From an uncultured delta proteobacterium (GTDB lineage Bacteria > Myxococcota_A > Polyangia > Haliangiales > Haliangiaceae), in NCBI GenBank assembly GCA_963743525.1, contig CAVUQH010000004.1, forward strand, positions 416,001-480,000: a stretch of 64,000 bases of DNA, in the 5' to 3' direction. The stretch's first letter is position 1. Every line of letters begins with the position of its first letter. The translations under genes and the position numbers were made by a program. Positions 1-14,148 of this stretch are shown here, piece after piece. The notes under the pieces were generated by a model. It saw only the letters and a program-made list of their open reading frames with translations. It searched no databases and was not told the DNA's origin.

Positions 1-1046
1 CGCCGGCGTGCGCGACGTGGAGGTCGACGACCACTGGACCACGTTCTCGCTCCGCGGCCTGTCGTCCGATGTCGGGGTGCTGTTGTGGCAGCTGGCGGTG
101 CCGCTCACCGACGGTGTCTATCACGACGATGTCCTCGGTGATCTGCCGGGATGGATCGCGACCATGCCCGAGAGCAAACCGACCGACACCGAGGTGCGCC
201 GGCGCCTGCTATCGGGCAAGCAATCGACCAGCGACGCGCTGAAGGCGTCGATGGCGCGGACGCACCTCGGCGACCTGCGCCGCTTTCGCCGCCGGCACTA
301 TCGCGCGGCCGGCGCCACGCTGATCGTCGCGGGCCAGTTCGACGAGGACCGGGTCGCGCGCGACGTGCGGCGACTCTTCGCGCGTCTGCCGGCAGGCGGA
401 CCGGCGCCGGCGCGCTCGGGCGCGAGCGTCTCCGGCCCACCCGCAGCGCGCGACCTCGGGCTCGTGCGCCCGTCGGAGGTGCAGCTGCATGCGAGCATGT
501 CGTTCCCCTTGCCGTCGAAGCTGGCGCCGCACCGCGCCGCCGCCTACGCCATCGCGCGCGAGCTGATCGAGGGACGGGCGGCGGTGCTGCGCCAGGGGAT
601 GGGCGTGACCTACGGCGTCGGCGTCGATGCCGAGAAAGCGGGTCACCAGCGCTTCCTCACCCTGAGCGCACAGCTGGCGCCGTCCGCGGCGGCCCACGCA
701 CTGACGGTGCTGGCGTCGGCGCTGCGCGATCTGCGCGCGGGACGAGAGATCGACGCCGACGTGGTACGCGCGCGACGGCGCCTGGTGGCGGGGTTGCTGA
801 TCACTGCCGTTCAACTCGGGCTCCGCCGCCGACGAGGTGCAGACCGAGGTGATGCAGCAGCTGCCCGTGGACTACCAGCAGCGGATGGTCAGCGCCGTGG
901 CCGGGGTCACACGTGATGACGTGGCCCGCGCGCTGGCCGAGATGCTCGCGCCCGAACACGAAACGCGACTGCTGCTCGGCACGCGCAGCGCCATCGAAGC
1001 TGGGTTTCGGGCCCTTGGCGCCCGGCACATCGTCTGGCAGCAGTAG
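1..1046 (+). CDS. C-terminal part of an M16 (insulinase/pitrilysin) family peptidase-like protein, 5'-truncated by the window, with an apparent frameshift near 809
   Basis: M16 C-domain motifs: 'FRRRHYRAAGATLIVAGQFD', 'LRQGMGVTYGV', 'VAGVTRDDVARA'. ORFs 8..916 and 837..1046 join into one reading if one base near 809 is removed (ATC ACT GCC [G] TTC AAC TCG). Confidence 0.7.
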
Positions 1047-1097
1047 CCAGGCAATCGGTCCTTGCATCGAGGTGCCCCGGGGGCCAACAATCGCCCC

Positions 1098-2051
1098 ATG
1101 ACGCCTGCGGGATGGACGTTTCGGATCTTGGCAGCGGCGACGATGAGCGGAGCGCTGGCGCTGACCGGCTGCGGCAGCTCGAACGGCGGTGGCGGCGGCG
1201 GCGGTGGTGGCGTTGACAGCGGCACCGGCGGCGGTGGCGCCGACGCCGGCGGTGGCGGCGGCCAGACGCTGACGCTGACGATGGACCAGTTCACGGTGCC
1301 TGCGGGGAGCGAGGTCTACAAGTGCCAGAACTTCGCCGACCCGTTCCCCGGTGACGCGGAGGTCCAGGGGTTCGAGTCGCACATGACCGCCGGCTCGCAC
1401 CACATGCTGCTGTTCTACTACGACTCCAACGCAGACGGCGGACTGGAGGATTGCTCGGGGCTCGAGTTCCACCCGACGCCGTACGGTGCGCAGACGCCCG
1501 ACAGCGAGGTCTACTACCCGTCGGGCATCGCCGCGTTGATTCCCGCGAATCAGGGACTGCGCGTGCAGGCCCACTATCTCAACACCACGGATCAGGACAT
1601 CACCGCGCACGTCGAGCTGACCTTTCACCTGGCCGCCGACGGCAGCGTCACGGCACACGCGGGGATGGTGTTCATGAACAACGCCGCCATCTACTTGCCG
1701 CCCAGCGGGTCACCGCAGTCGGTGACCAAGAAGTGCTCGGTGCCGCGCGACATCCACCTGATCTACGCCAACAGCCACATGCACCAGCACGGCACCAACT
1801 TCCAGGCCGTGGAGACCGGTTCCGGCACCGAGCTGTACCAGACCGACAACTGGGACGACCCGCCGCTGTCGGCGCTGACTCCGCCGATCGACCTGAAGGC
1901 CGGCGACGAGATCCAGTGGACCTGCACCTATCTCAACGACAGCGGCCAGATCGTCACCTTCGGCGAGTCGGCCGCGACCAACGAGATGTGCATCTTCACC
2001 GGGCAGTACTACCCCGCGCCGGATACCGGCGACCCCATGATTGGCTGCTGA
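1098..2051 (+). CDS. Lipoprotein, copper type II ascorbate-dependent monooxygenase (PHM/DBH)-like
   Basis: Lipobox LTGC and Gly-rich linker, followed by 'GSHHM', 'QAHYLN', 'SHMHQHG' and 'NEMC', which match the His/Met copper-ligand order of PHM. Confidence 0.75.
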   Translation: MTPAGWTFRILAAATMSGALALTGCGSSNGGGGGGGGGVDSGTGGGGADAGGGGGQTLTLTMDQFTVPAGSEVYKCQNFADPFPGDAEVQGFESHMTAGSHHMLLFYYDSNADGGLEDCSGLEFHPTPYGAQTPDSEVYYPSGIAALIPANQGLRVQAHYLNTTDQDITAHVELTFHLAADGSVTAHAGMVFMNNAAIYLPPSGSPQSVTKKCSVPRDIHLIYANSHMHQHGTNFQAVETGSGTELYQTDNWDDPPLSALTPPIDLKAGDEIQWTCTYLNDSGQIVTFGESAATNEMCIFTGQYYPAPDTGDPMIGC

Positions 2052-2145
2052 CGGCGGGCGGCTGACGGCCGCCTGGGACTGAGCTGCGTTCTCCCTGCGA
2101 TTACGCGGGGGTGCACAGCGTAAGTTTCAAAAGTTGGATCTGACC

Positions 2146-4023
<1,878 letters not shown>

Positions 4024-4057
4024 GGGCTCGCTGGATTCCGCGCCCAGAATCATACAC

Positions 4058-5371
4058 TCAATCGAGCCCGCGACGCCTCAGCTCGTCCTCGTCGAGGCCG
4101 GCCACGTGCCCGATTTCGTGCAGCAGCGTGCGCCGGATCTGCCGATTCAGCTCCTCGCGGGTGCGCACGGCTCGGGCCAGATTGCGCCGATAGAGCATGA
4201 TGGCCCGCGGCGGCGCCGTCCCGGTCGGGTCCGCCATTCCCTTGGGAAGTCCCCGGAACAGGCCCAAAATCGTGGGCGCAAACGGCGGATCCACGGCCAC
4301 CAGGTCGGCCCTGGCGGGTAGGTCCACCGTCTCCACGGTGACCCCGTCGAGCAACTTGCGCGTGTCGGCGGGCAGCTCGTCGATCGCCTTGTCAACCTCG
4401 GCGCGAAACTCCGCCGCGGTGATCGCCACCGGCTGGGTGAACTCGCCCGACGGGTTCTGCCAGGCCCGTCGCAGGTGGGCCTCGGCCTCTTCCTCGCGGC
4501 CGTCCCGCTCGTAGATGAGGCCGAGGTGGTAGTGGGCGTACGGATCGTTGGGCTGGAGCCGCAGCACCGCCTTGAACGCGGCTGCGGCCTCCTCGAAGCG
4601 GCACAGGTTGAACAGCGCGACGCCCCGCTCGTAGCGCGCCTCGGGCAGATCCGGCTGCAGGTGCAGCGCCTCGTTGACCCGCTCCAGCGCCTCGTCGGCG
4701 CGGGCCAGATCGTTGAGCGCCTGGGCCTCGAGCAGGGCCAGACGCGCGCGCAGGGGCTTGTTCTTGCGGTAGCGGGCCAGCGCCCGGGCGGTGCCACGGC
4801 GCGCGTGCTCGAGCCCGACCAGCGTCGACTCGCGGGTCTTGGGCGGCAGCGTGTTGATGTAGAAGTGCGCGGCCGCGGCCAGGGTCTCGGGGTCGTCCGG
4901 ATCCAGCGCCAGCGCCATGGCGTAGGCAACCTGTGCGTCGCTGAAGCGGCCCATCCCGGCCAGCCCGGCGGCCCGCAGGTGGTGGGCCTCCACCGACCAC
5001 GGCTCCAGGTCCGACGCGATGTCGGCGCAGCCGGCGGCGGCGGCGAAATCGAGCTTCTGCAGCCGCTGTACCGCCAGGTCGAGCAGCGCGTCGTAGTCGC
5101 GCTTCTTCGCCTCGGCGATCGGGCAGCGGGCCTCGGGCAGCTCGCCGCCGTTGTCCGAGTCGTCGTCGGAGTCGAGCAGCTCCGAGGCCGAGGCGGCCGA
5201 GGCGGCGGCGGCGGCCGGCGAGCCCTTGGGCGGCGCTTGCGGCAGAATCAGCCGACTGCTGACCTTCTTCTCCGCAGGGGGCGGCTGCTCCGCGGGGGCC
5301 TTGTTCGGCTCTCGCGAGCCGCACGCACCGACCAGCACCGCGCACAGTGCCGCAGCGAGGGACCGCCGCAT
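4058..5371 (-). CDS. Lipoprotein with TPR repeats and a C-terminal minimal zincin metallopeptidase domain
   Basis: Lipobox VGAC, TPR helices ('[14 protein letters not shown]', '[13 protein letters not shown]'), zincin tail 'ILGLF...IMLYRRN...[11 protein letters not shown]'. Confidence 0.8.
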   Translation of the reverse strand: MRRSLAAALCAVLVGACGSREPNKAPAEQPPPAEKKVSSRLILPQAPPKGSPAAAAASAASASELLDSDDDSDNGGELPEARCPIAEAKKRDYDALLDLAVQRLQKLDFAAAAGCADIASDLEPWSVEAHHLRAAGLAGMGRFSDAQVAYAMALALDPDDPETLAAAAHFYINTLPPKTRESTLVGLEHARRGTARALARYRKNKPLRARLALLEAQALNDLARADEALERVNEALHLQPDLPEARYERGVALFNLCRFEEAAAAFKAVLRLQPNDPYAHYHLGLIYERDGREEEAEAHLRRAWQNPSGEFTQPVAITAAEFRAEVDKAIDELPADTRKLLDGVTVETVDLPARADLVAVDPPFAPTILGLFRGLPKGMADPTGTAPPRAIMLYRRNLARAVRTREELNRQIRRTLLHEIGHVAGLDEDELRRRGLD

Positions 5372-5411
5372 ACTCGGATTCTACGGCAGCTGACGCCGGC
5401 TGCCTACACCA

Positions 5412-8132
<2,721 letters not shown>

Positions 8133-8186
8133 GCGGGGAGGCTACACCATCCCTTTCCCGGGGGATCCATGTATAGTCCCCGCAGA

Positions 8187-9824
8187 ATGAGCCGCAGCTG
8201 GGTAATGGGTGTGGTGCTCTGCGTCGCCGTGGCCGGCGCGTGCGGCACCAAAAAGAGCGATCACAAGAAGCAAAACGGCAGCAAGCCGGTTCCCTCCGCG
8301 AGCGACCGCTACGGCGGCAACCTGCGCACGCACTCTCCCGAGCCGCAGTACCTCAACCCGGTACTGCAGACGCGCTTCGAACGGGTGACGCCGCTGATCT
8401 TCGAGGGGCTGGTCGGCCTCGACGCGCGCCTCGAGCCAGTGCCGCGCCTGGCGCAGTCGTGGAAGATCTCCGAGAGCGGCAAGGTCGTCACCTTCAACCT
8501 GCGCAAGGGCGTCACCTGGCACGACGGCCAGCCGTTCACCGCCCACGACGTCAAGTTCACCTACGACGCCATCATGGCGACCAACGCGCCGACCCTGTGG
8601 AAGGCGTACATGGAGAACGTCGACTCGGTCGAGATCACCGACGACAACACGGTGGTCGTGGTCTACAAGAAGCCGTACGCCCTGAACCTGGTCACCTGGA
8701 CCGTCGGCATCATTCCCGAGCACATGTTCAAGGGCGAGAAGGACATGACCAGGGCGGCGGCCAACACCGCCCCGGTCGGCACCGGCCCGTTCCGCCTGGC
8801 CCGCTGGGAGCCGCACAAGCGGATCCTCTTGCAGGTCAACAAGGACTGGTGGGACGGCCGCGCCTACCTCGATACCATCGAGATGCTGCTCGACGTGCCC
8901 GAGGACGACATCCTCGACGACTTGCGCTCGGGCAAGCTCGACTTCGTCGAGATCCCCGACATCCGCACCTGGGCCAACGAGGCCCAGCTGCCCGAGTTCC
9001 AGGAGCGCTTCGAGGTCCGGGACGTGGTCGAGCCCAGCTTCCAGGTCATCGCCTGGAACCTGACCCGCGACCGTTTCGCCGACGTCCGCGTGCGCAAGGC
9101 GCTGACCCACGCGCTCAACCGCGGCCGGGTCATCGACGACGTGCTGATGGGCCAGGCGCGGCCGCTGTCGGCGCCGTTCTTCCCCAACATGTGGGGCGCC
9201 GACCCGTCGATCGCGCCGATTCCGTTCGATCTCGACAAGGCGGTCAAGCTGCTCGACGAGGCCGGCTACCCGTCCAAGAACGGCCATCGCTTCGGCATCG
9301 ACATGATGGTGTCGGAGTCGTCGCGCGGCTACACCACCGACGCGGTGCTGGCGATCTTCCGCCATGACCTGGCGGCCATCGGCATCGACCTCAAGGTCGA
9401 CTACGTCAGTCCGACCGAGTTCTCCAACCGCGCCATCCTGCGCGACTTCGACGCCGCCTACTTCGGCTGGCTGCCCGATGTCCCCGACCCGGATCCGTAC
9501 GCGCTGCTGCACTCCAGCCAGATCAAGGTCGGCTCGATTCACGCCGGCTACGCCAATCCGGAGGTCGACAAGCTGCTCGACGAGGCGCGCGCGACCAACA
9601 GCAAGGACGAGCGCAAGCGCCTGTACCAGCAGGTCCACGCCATCGTCCACGAAGAGCTGCCGTATACGCCGCTGTTCGCCGACTACGGCCACTACGCCTA
9701 CAGCCGCCGCCTGCGCGGGGTGAACCCCAACGATCTGGGGCCGCAGCCGCGCTTCCCCGGCGTCGCTCGCTGGTGGATCGCCTCGTCGTCGTCGGAGCCG
9801 GCGGTGGCCAAGCCGGCCCAGTAG
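8187..9824 (+). CDS. ABC transporter substrate-binding lipoprotein, family 5 (peptide/nickel type)
   Basis: Lipobox AGAC; 'IFEGLV...PRLAQSW...FNLRKGVTWHDGQPFTAHDVKFT', 'PVGTGPF', 'FADVRVRKAL'. Start could also be 8169. Confidence 0.9.
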   Translation: MSRSWVMGVVLCVAVAGACGTKKSDHKKQNGSKPVPSASDRYGGNLRTHSPEPQYLNPVLQTRFERVTPLIFEGLVGLDARLEPVPRLAQSWKISESGKVVTFNLRKGVTWHDGQPFTAHDVKFTYDAIMATNAPTLWKAYMENVDSVEITDDNTVVVVYKKPYALNLVTWTVGIIPEHMFKGEKDMTRAAANTAPVGTGPFRLARWEPHKRILLQVNKDWWDGRAYLDTIEMLLDVPEDDILDDLRSGKLDFVEIPDIRTWANEAQLPEFQERFEVRDVVEPSFQVIAWNLTRDRFADVRVRKALTHALNRGRVIDDVLMGQARPLSAPFFPNMWGADPSIAPIPFDLDKAVKLLDEAGYPSKNGHRFGIDMMVSESSRGYTTDAVLAIFRHDLAAIGIDLKVDYVSPTEFSNRAILRDFDAAYFGWLPDVPDPDPYALLHSSQIKVGSIHAGYANPEVDKLLDEARATNSKDERKRLYQQVHAIVHEELPYTPLFADYGHYAYSRRLRGVNPNDLGPQPRFPGVARWWIASSSSEPAVAKPAQ

Positions 9825-9999
9825 CGATCCCGGCGTCCGTACCGCGCTCCGGGGCGACCCAGCGCACGGGTTGATGCTCTCGGGCATCAGATCGACGCCT
9901 GCGCACCGCAGTCGCGCGAGACGAGGACAGACGAGGGCCCTTTACCGGGGGCGCCAAGGTGCTACCTTCTCCCACTCTTATCTGCCGGGGGACCTCCAT

Positions 10000-11466
10000 A
10001 TGAGCACCATCCGCAACACTGCCTTCGCCCTGTTTCTTGTTACCGGCCTGATTTCGGCTACTTCGGCCCACGCCGATGACAACGCCCCGATCAGCCCTGC
10101 CATCGAGCAAGGCCTCAGAGGCGCCGTGGTCGACTCCCCCTGCCCGGGTCCGGCGTGTAGCGCCGAGCTGCAGCCGGCTCACAACCAGGGGCTGCGGACC
10201 GTCTATCTCAACTTCGACGGCGTCACCCTGACCCGCTCGTTCTCCAACGACGACGCCCGGCAGAACGTGTCGGCCATCGTCAACAGCTCGACCACGGTCA
10301 TCCCGGCGTTCAACCCCAACGACCTGGTCAGCACCCAGGGTCTGTCCCGCGCACAGATCATTCAGCGGGTCATCGACGATCTGTACACGCTGCACGCGCC
10401 GTACAACGTCGAGTTCACGACCACCCGCCCGACCAGCGGCTACTACAGCATGGTCGTCTTCGGCGGCTCCTGTCAGTCGGTGGCCGGCTCCAGCGGTTGC
10501 GCCGGCATCGCCCTGCGCGACTGCGGCGACCAGATGCCGTCCAACATCACCTTCGTCTTCCCGCCGGGGCAGCGGATCGCCGACCTGGCGACCACCGCCG
10601 CCCAGGAAGCCGCCCACGCCTTCGGTCTGGGCCACACCGACGACTCCAGCGACGTGATGTACCCGGCCATTCAGTCGCAGATTCCCACCCACTTCGGCGC
10701 CGGCAACATCATGGGCGCCAACGGCACCAACGACGGCTCCGGCTGCCCGTCGTCGGCGACCTACCAGGATTCCAACCAGGCCATGCTCGACAACATCGGG
10801 CCGCGCGGGCAGGACACCACGCCGCCGACGGTGCAGATCACCAGCCCGGCCGACGGCGCCGACATCCCCCCGGGTGCCCACGTGACGGCGAACGCCACCG
10901 ACAACCTGGCCGTCGACCACGTCACCCTCGAGCTCGACGGCACCGAGCTGCGCCGCCTGGACGCGCCGCCGTGGGAGTTCGCGCTGTCGGCGGTCACCCC
11001 CGAGGGCGCGCACACGCTGACGGTCCGCGCGTGGGACATCAACGACAACATGAACTTCGACCGGATCAACGTGAACGTCACCCGCGGCAGCGGCGTGGAC
11101 TGCACGACCAACGGCGACTGCCCGTCCGGCGAGATCTGTCAGGACTCGGTCTGCGTGACCGACCCGGGCCCGGCCCCGGGCGATCCGTACTCGCCGTGCA
11201 CCGGCAACGCCGACTGCAAGAGCGGCGTCTGCGCCACCGTCGGTGACCAGTCGCTGTGCTCGGCGACCTGCGCCAGCAGCAGCGACTGCCCGACCGGCGG
11301 TGAGTGCCTGTCGGGTACCGCGTGCTGGCCCAGCGAGCCCAGCGGCAACATGCCCCCGGCCGGCAAGAGCATCTGGAACTGCCAGGCCGGCTCGAGCGGC
11401 GCGCCGCTCGCATCGCTGGCCCTGTTCCTCGGGCTCGTCGCCATCGTCCGGCGCCGCCGGCGCTAG
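10000..11466 (+). CDS. Secreted multidomain protein: metzincin-like domain, Ig-like (Big) domain, Cys-rich repeats and MYXO-CTERM-like anchor
   Basis: Signal peptide; 'QEAAHAFGLGH...DVMYP' (metzincin with Met-turn); 'DTTPPTVQITSP' Ig start; Cys-rich repeats; C-terminal 'CQAG...hydrophobic...RRRRR'. Confidence 0.8.
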   Translation: MSTIRNTAFALFLVTGLISATSAHADDNAPISPAIEQGLRGAVVDSPCPGPACSAELQPAHNQGLRTVYLNFDGVTLTRSFSNDDARQNVSAIVNSSTTVIPAFNPNDLVSTQGLSRAQIIQRVIDDLYTLHAPYNVEFTTTRPTSGYYSMVVFGGSCQSVAGSSGCAGIALRDCGDQMPSNITFVFPPGQRIADLATTAAQEAAHAFGLGHTDDSSDVMYPAIQSQIPTHFGAGNIMGANGTNDGSGCPSSATYQDSNQAMLDNIGPRGQDTTPPTVQITSPADGADIPPGAHVTANATDNLAVDHVTLELDGTELRRLDAPPWEFALSAVTPEGAHTLTVRAWDINDNMNFDRINVNVTRGSGVDCTTNGDCPSGEICQDSVCVTDPGPAPGDPYSPCTGNADCKSGVCATVGDQSLCSATCASSSDCPTGGECLSGTACWPSEPSGNMPPAGKSIWNCQAGSSGAPLASLALFLGLVAIVRRRRR

Positions 11467-11702
11467 CGGAAACGGCGATACAGCATCGCCGCCGCCGCGG
11501 CGACGAGGAGCACGGTGACCGCGGTGCTGAGCATCTTGGCGCGGCGGCTCTGCGCCTTCTTCTGCTCCTCTTCGCCGACACCCGCGACTGAATGGGCGAC
11601 GTTCTTGAAGCCAGAACGCATGCCCATCAGCAGCCCGCCTTTCTTCTTCGGCGGCGGGCTGCGCCGACGCTTCTTCTTGCGCGCTTTCCCAGCATTGCCC
11701 AT
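11463..11702 (-). CDS. Small basic protein with a C-terminal transmembrane helix, hypothetical
   Basis: 79-aa ORF (MGNAGKARKKKRRR...) ending in a hydrophobic helix; its stop overlaps the convergent gene. Confidence 0.55.
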   Translation of the reverse strand: MGNAGKARKKKRRRSPPPKKKGGLLMGMRSGFKNVAHSVAGVGEEEQKKAQSRRAKMLSTAVTVLLVAAAAAMLYRRFR

Positions 11703-11948
11703 GGGGCGAAATATAGTCGCAAACGCCACGCGCTGGAGCCCAATTTCGCCGCCCCAAATCCAGTGAGGGCGGACGAAATTCGGCCCCTTCGCGGGGGTCT
11801 GCCTTTGGCTCCGAACCATTCTGGTTTTCACGATGACGCGTTTTCGACGCGTCATTGTTGGGTCCGACGGCTTGCCTTTTCAGCACCTGTCCATTACTTC
11901 TGTACGTTCCCTACGGGCATGGAGCCCGCGGACCAGGAGGGTTATGAG

Positions 11949-12383
11949 TTGGATACGTATGGCAAGCACCTCCTCGTCGAGTACCACGGGTGTGACCACC
12001 GGGTACTGAACCAGGTCGGGCGCGTCGAGACTGCGATGCGCGCCGCGGCCGAGGCTGCCGGCGCCACCGTCGTCACAGCCACCTTTCACCGCTTCAGTCC
12101 CCAGGGCGTGAGCGGCGTGGTGGTGGTGGAGGAGAGCCATCTCTCCATCCACACGTGGCCGGAGTGTGGTTACGCGGCCGTGGACTTCTACACCTGCGGG
12201 GCCTGCGAGCCGCTGCGCGCGCACGAGCTGTTACGCGACGCGCTCGGCGCCGAGCGCAGCGAGATCATCTCGGTCTCCCGCGGCATGCCCGGCGGCAGCC
12301 CGTCGATGCGCGTGCGCGAGCACTATCGCGAGAGCGAAGAAGTGCCCCGCATCGACTACACGCTGGCGCGCCAGCAGCGCTAG
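11949..12383 (+). CDS. speD: S-adenosylmethionine decarboxylase proenzyme
   Basis: 'GKHLLVE', 'FHRFSPQGVSGVVVVEESHLSIHTWPE.GYAAVDFYTCG' with the E|SH autocleavage site. AGGAGG lies 8 nt before the TTG at 11949; an alternative ATG is at 11919. Confidence 0.93.
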   Translation: MDTYGKHLLVEYHGCDHRVLNQVGRVETAMRAAAEAAGATVVTATFHRFSPQGVSGVVVVEESHLSIHTWPECGYAAVDFYTCGACEPLRAHELLRDALGAERSEIISVSRGMPGGSPSMRVREHYRESEEVPRIDYTLARQQR

Positions 12384-12401
12384 GAGCGCGAGCGAGCCGG
12401 T

Positions 12402-13237
12402 ATGGGCGACTGGTACGACGAGGTCTACCAGGATGAGGAGCGGTACGGGTTCCGCGTGACCCGGCAGCTCTACGATCAGCAGAGTCCGTACCAGCGGGTC
12501 GAGGTGATCGACACGCCGTCGATGGGTCACGTGCTGGTCATCGACGGCGTGTTCATGACCAGCGAGCGCGACGAGTACTTCTATCACGAGCTCATCGCCC
12601 ACCCGGCCATGGTCACCGCGCCGCGCGCGCACCGGGTGTTGATCGTCGGCGGCGGCGACGGCGGAACCGCGCGTCGAGTGCTGCAACACACCTCGGTCGA
12701 GCAGCTGGTGATGGTCGAGATCGACGCGCTGGTGGTCGAAGCCAGCAAGGCCCACCTGCCCGGCCTGGGCGCGTGGGACGACCCGCGCCTGGAGCTGCGC
12801 ATCGGCGACGGCATCGCCTTCGTGCGCGAGGCCGAGGTCGAGCCGTTCGACGTGGTCATCCTCGACGGCACCGATCCGGTCGGTCCCGGCGAGGGCCTGT
12901 TCGGCCGCGACTTCTACCGCGGCGTTCGCCGGGTGCTGGCCGACGACGGCGTGTTCGCGCTGCAGAGCGAGTCGCCGTTCCTCCACCGGCAGCTGTTCCT
13001 CGACATCCAGCGGGCGCTGGCCGACGTCTTTCCCCACGTCCATCCGTACTTCGGCCCGGCGCCGCTGTACGCCGCCGGGGTCTGGTCGTGGACGCTGGCC
13101 GGAGCCGCCATCGACCCGATGGCGGTCGACGACGCCCGCGCGGCGGCGGTCGAGCCCGGTTGTCGCTACTGGAACCGCGACGTCCACCGCGGCGCGTTCG
13201 CCGTGCCGTCGGAGCTGCGCCGCGAGCTGGCGCGCTC

Positions 13238-13241
<4 letters not shown>
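12402..13241 (+). CDS. speE: Spermidine synthase (polyamine aminopropyltransferase)
   Basis: 'SPYQRVEV', 'DEYFYHE', 'VLIVGGGDGG', 'VEID', 'DVVILDGTDPVGP'; directly follows speD. Confidence 0.95.
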
Positions 13242-14095
<854 letters not shown>

Positions 14096-14148
14096 GGGCG
14101 CAGCTTACCCGGGATCCGGGTCCGCTGTGGTAGCGTCGCCGCGGACGC

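Noticed and set aside
11760..11810. Hammerhead ribozyme or SAM-I riboswitch upstream of speD
   Set aside because: A GAAA follows a stem strand, but the CUGANGA core and the SAM-I consensus are absent; kept only as an unclassified structured region.
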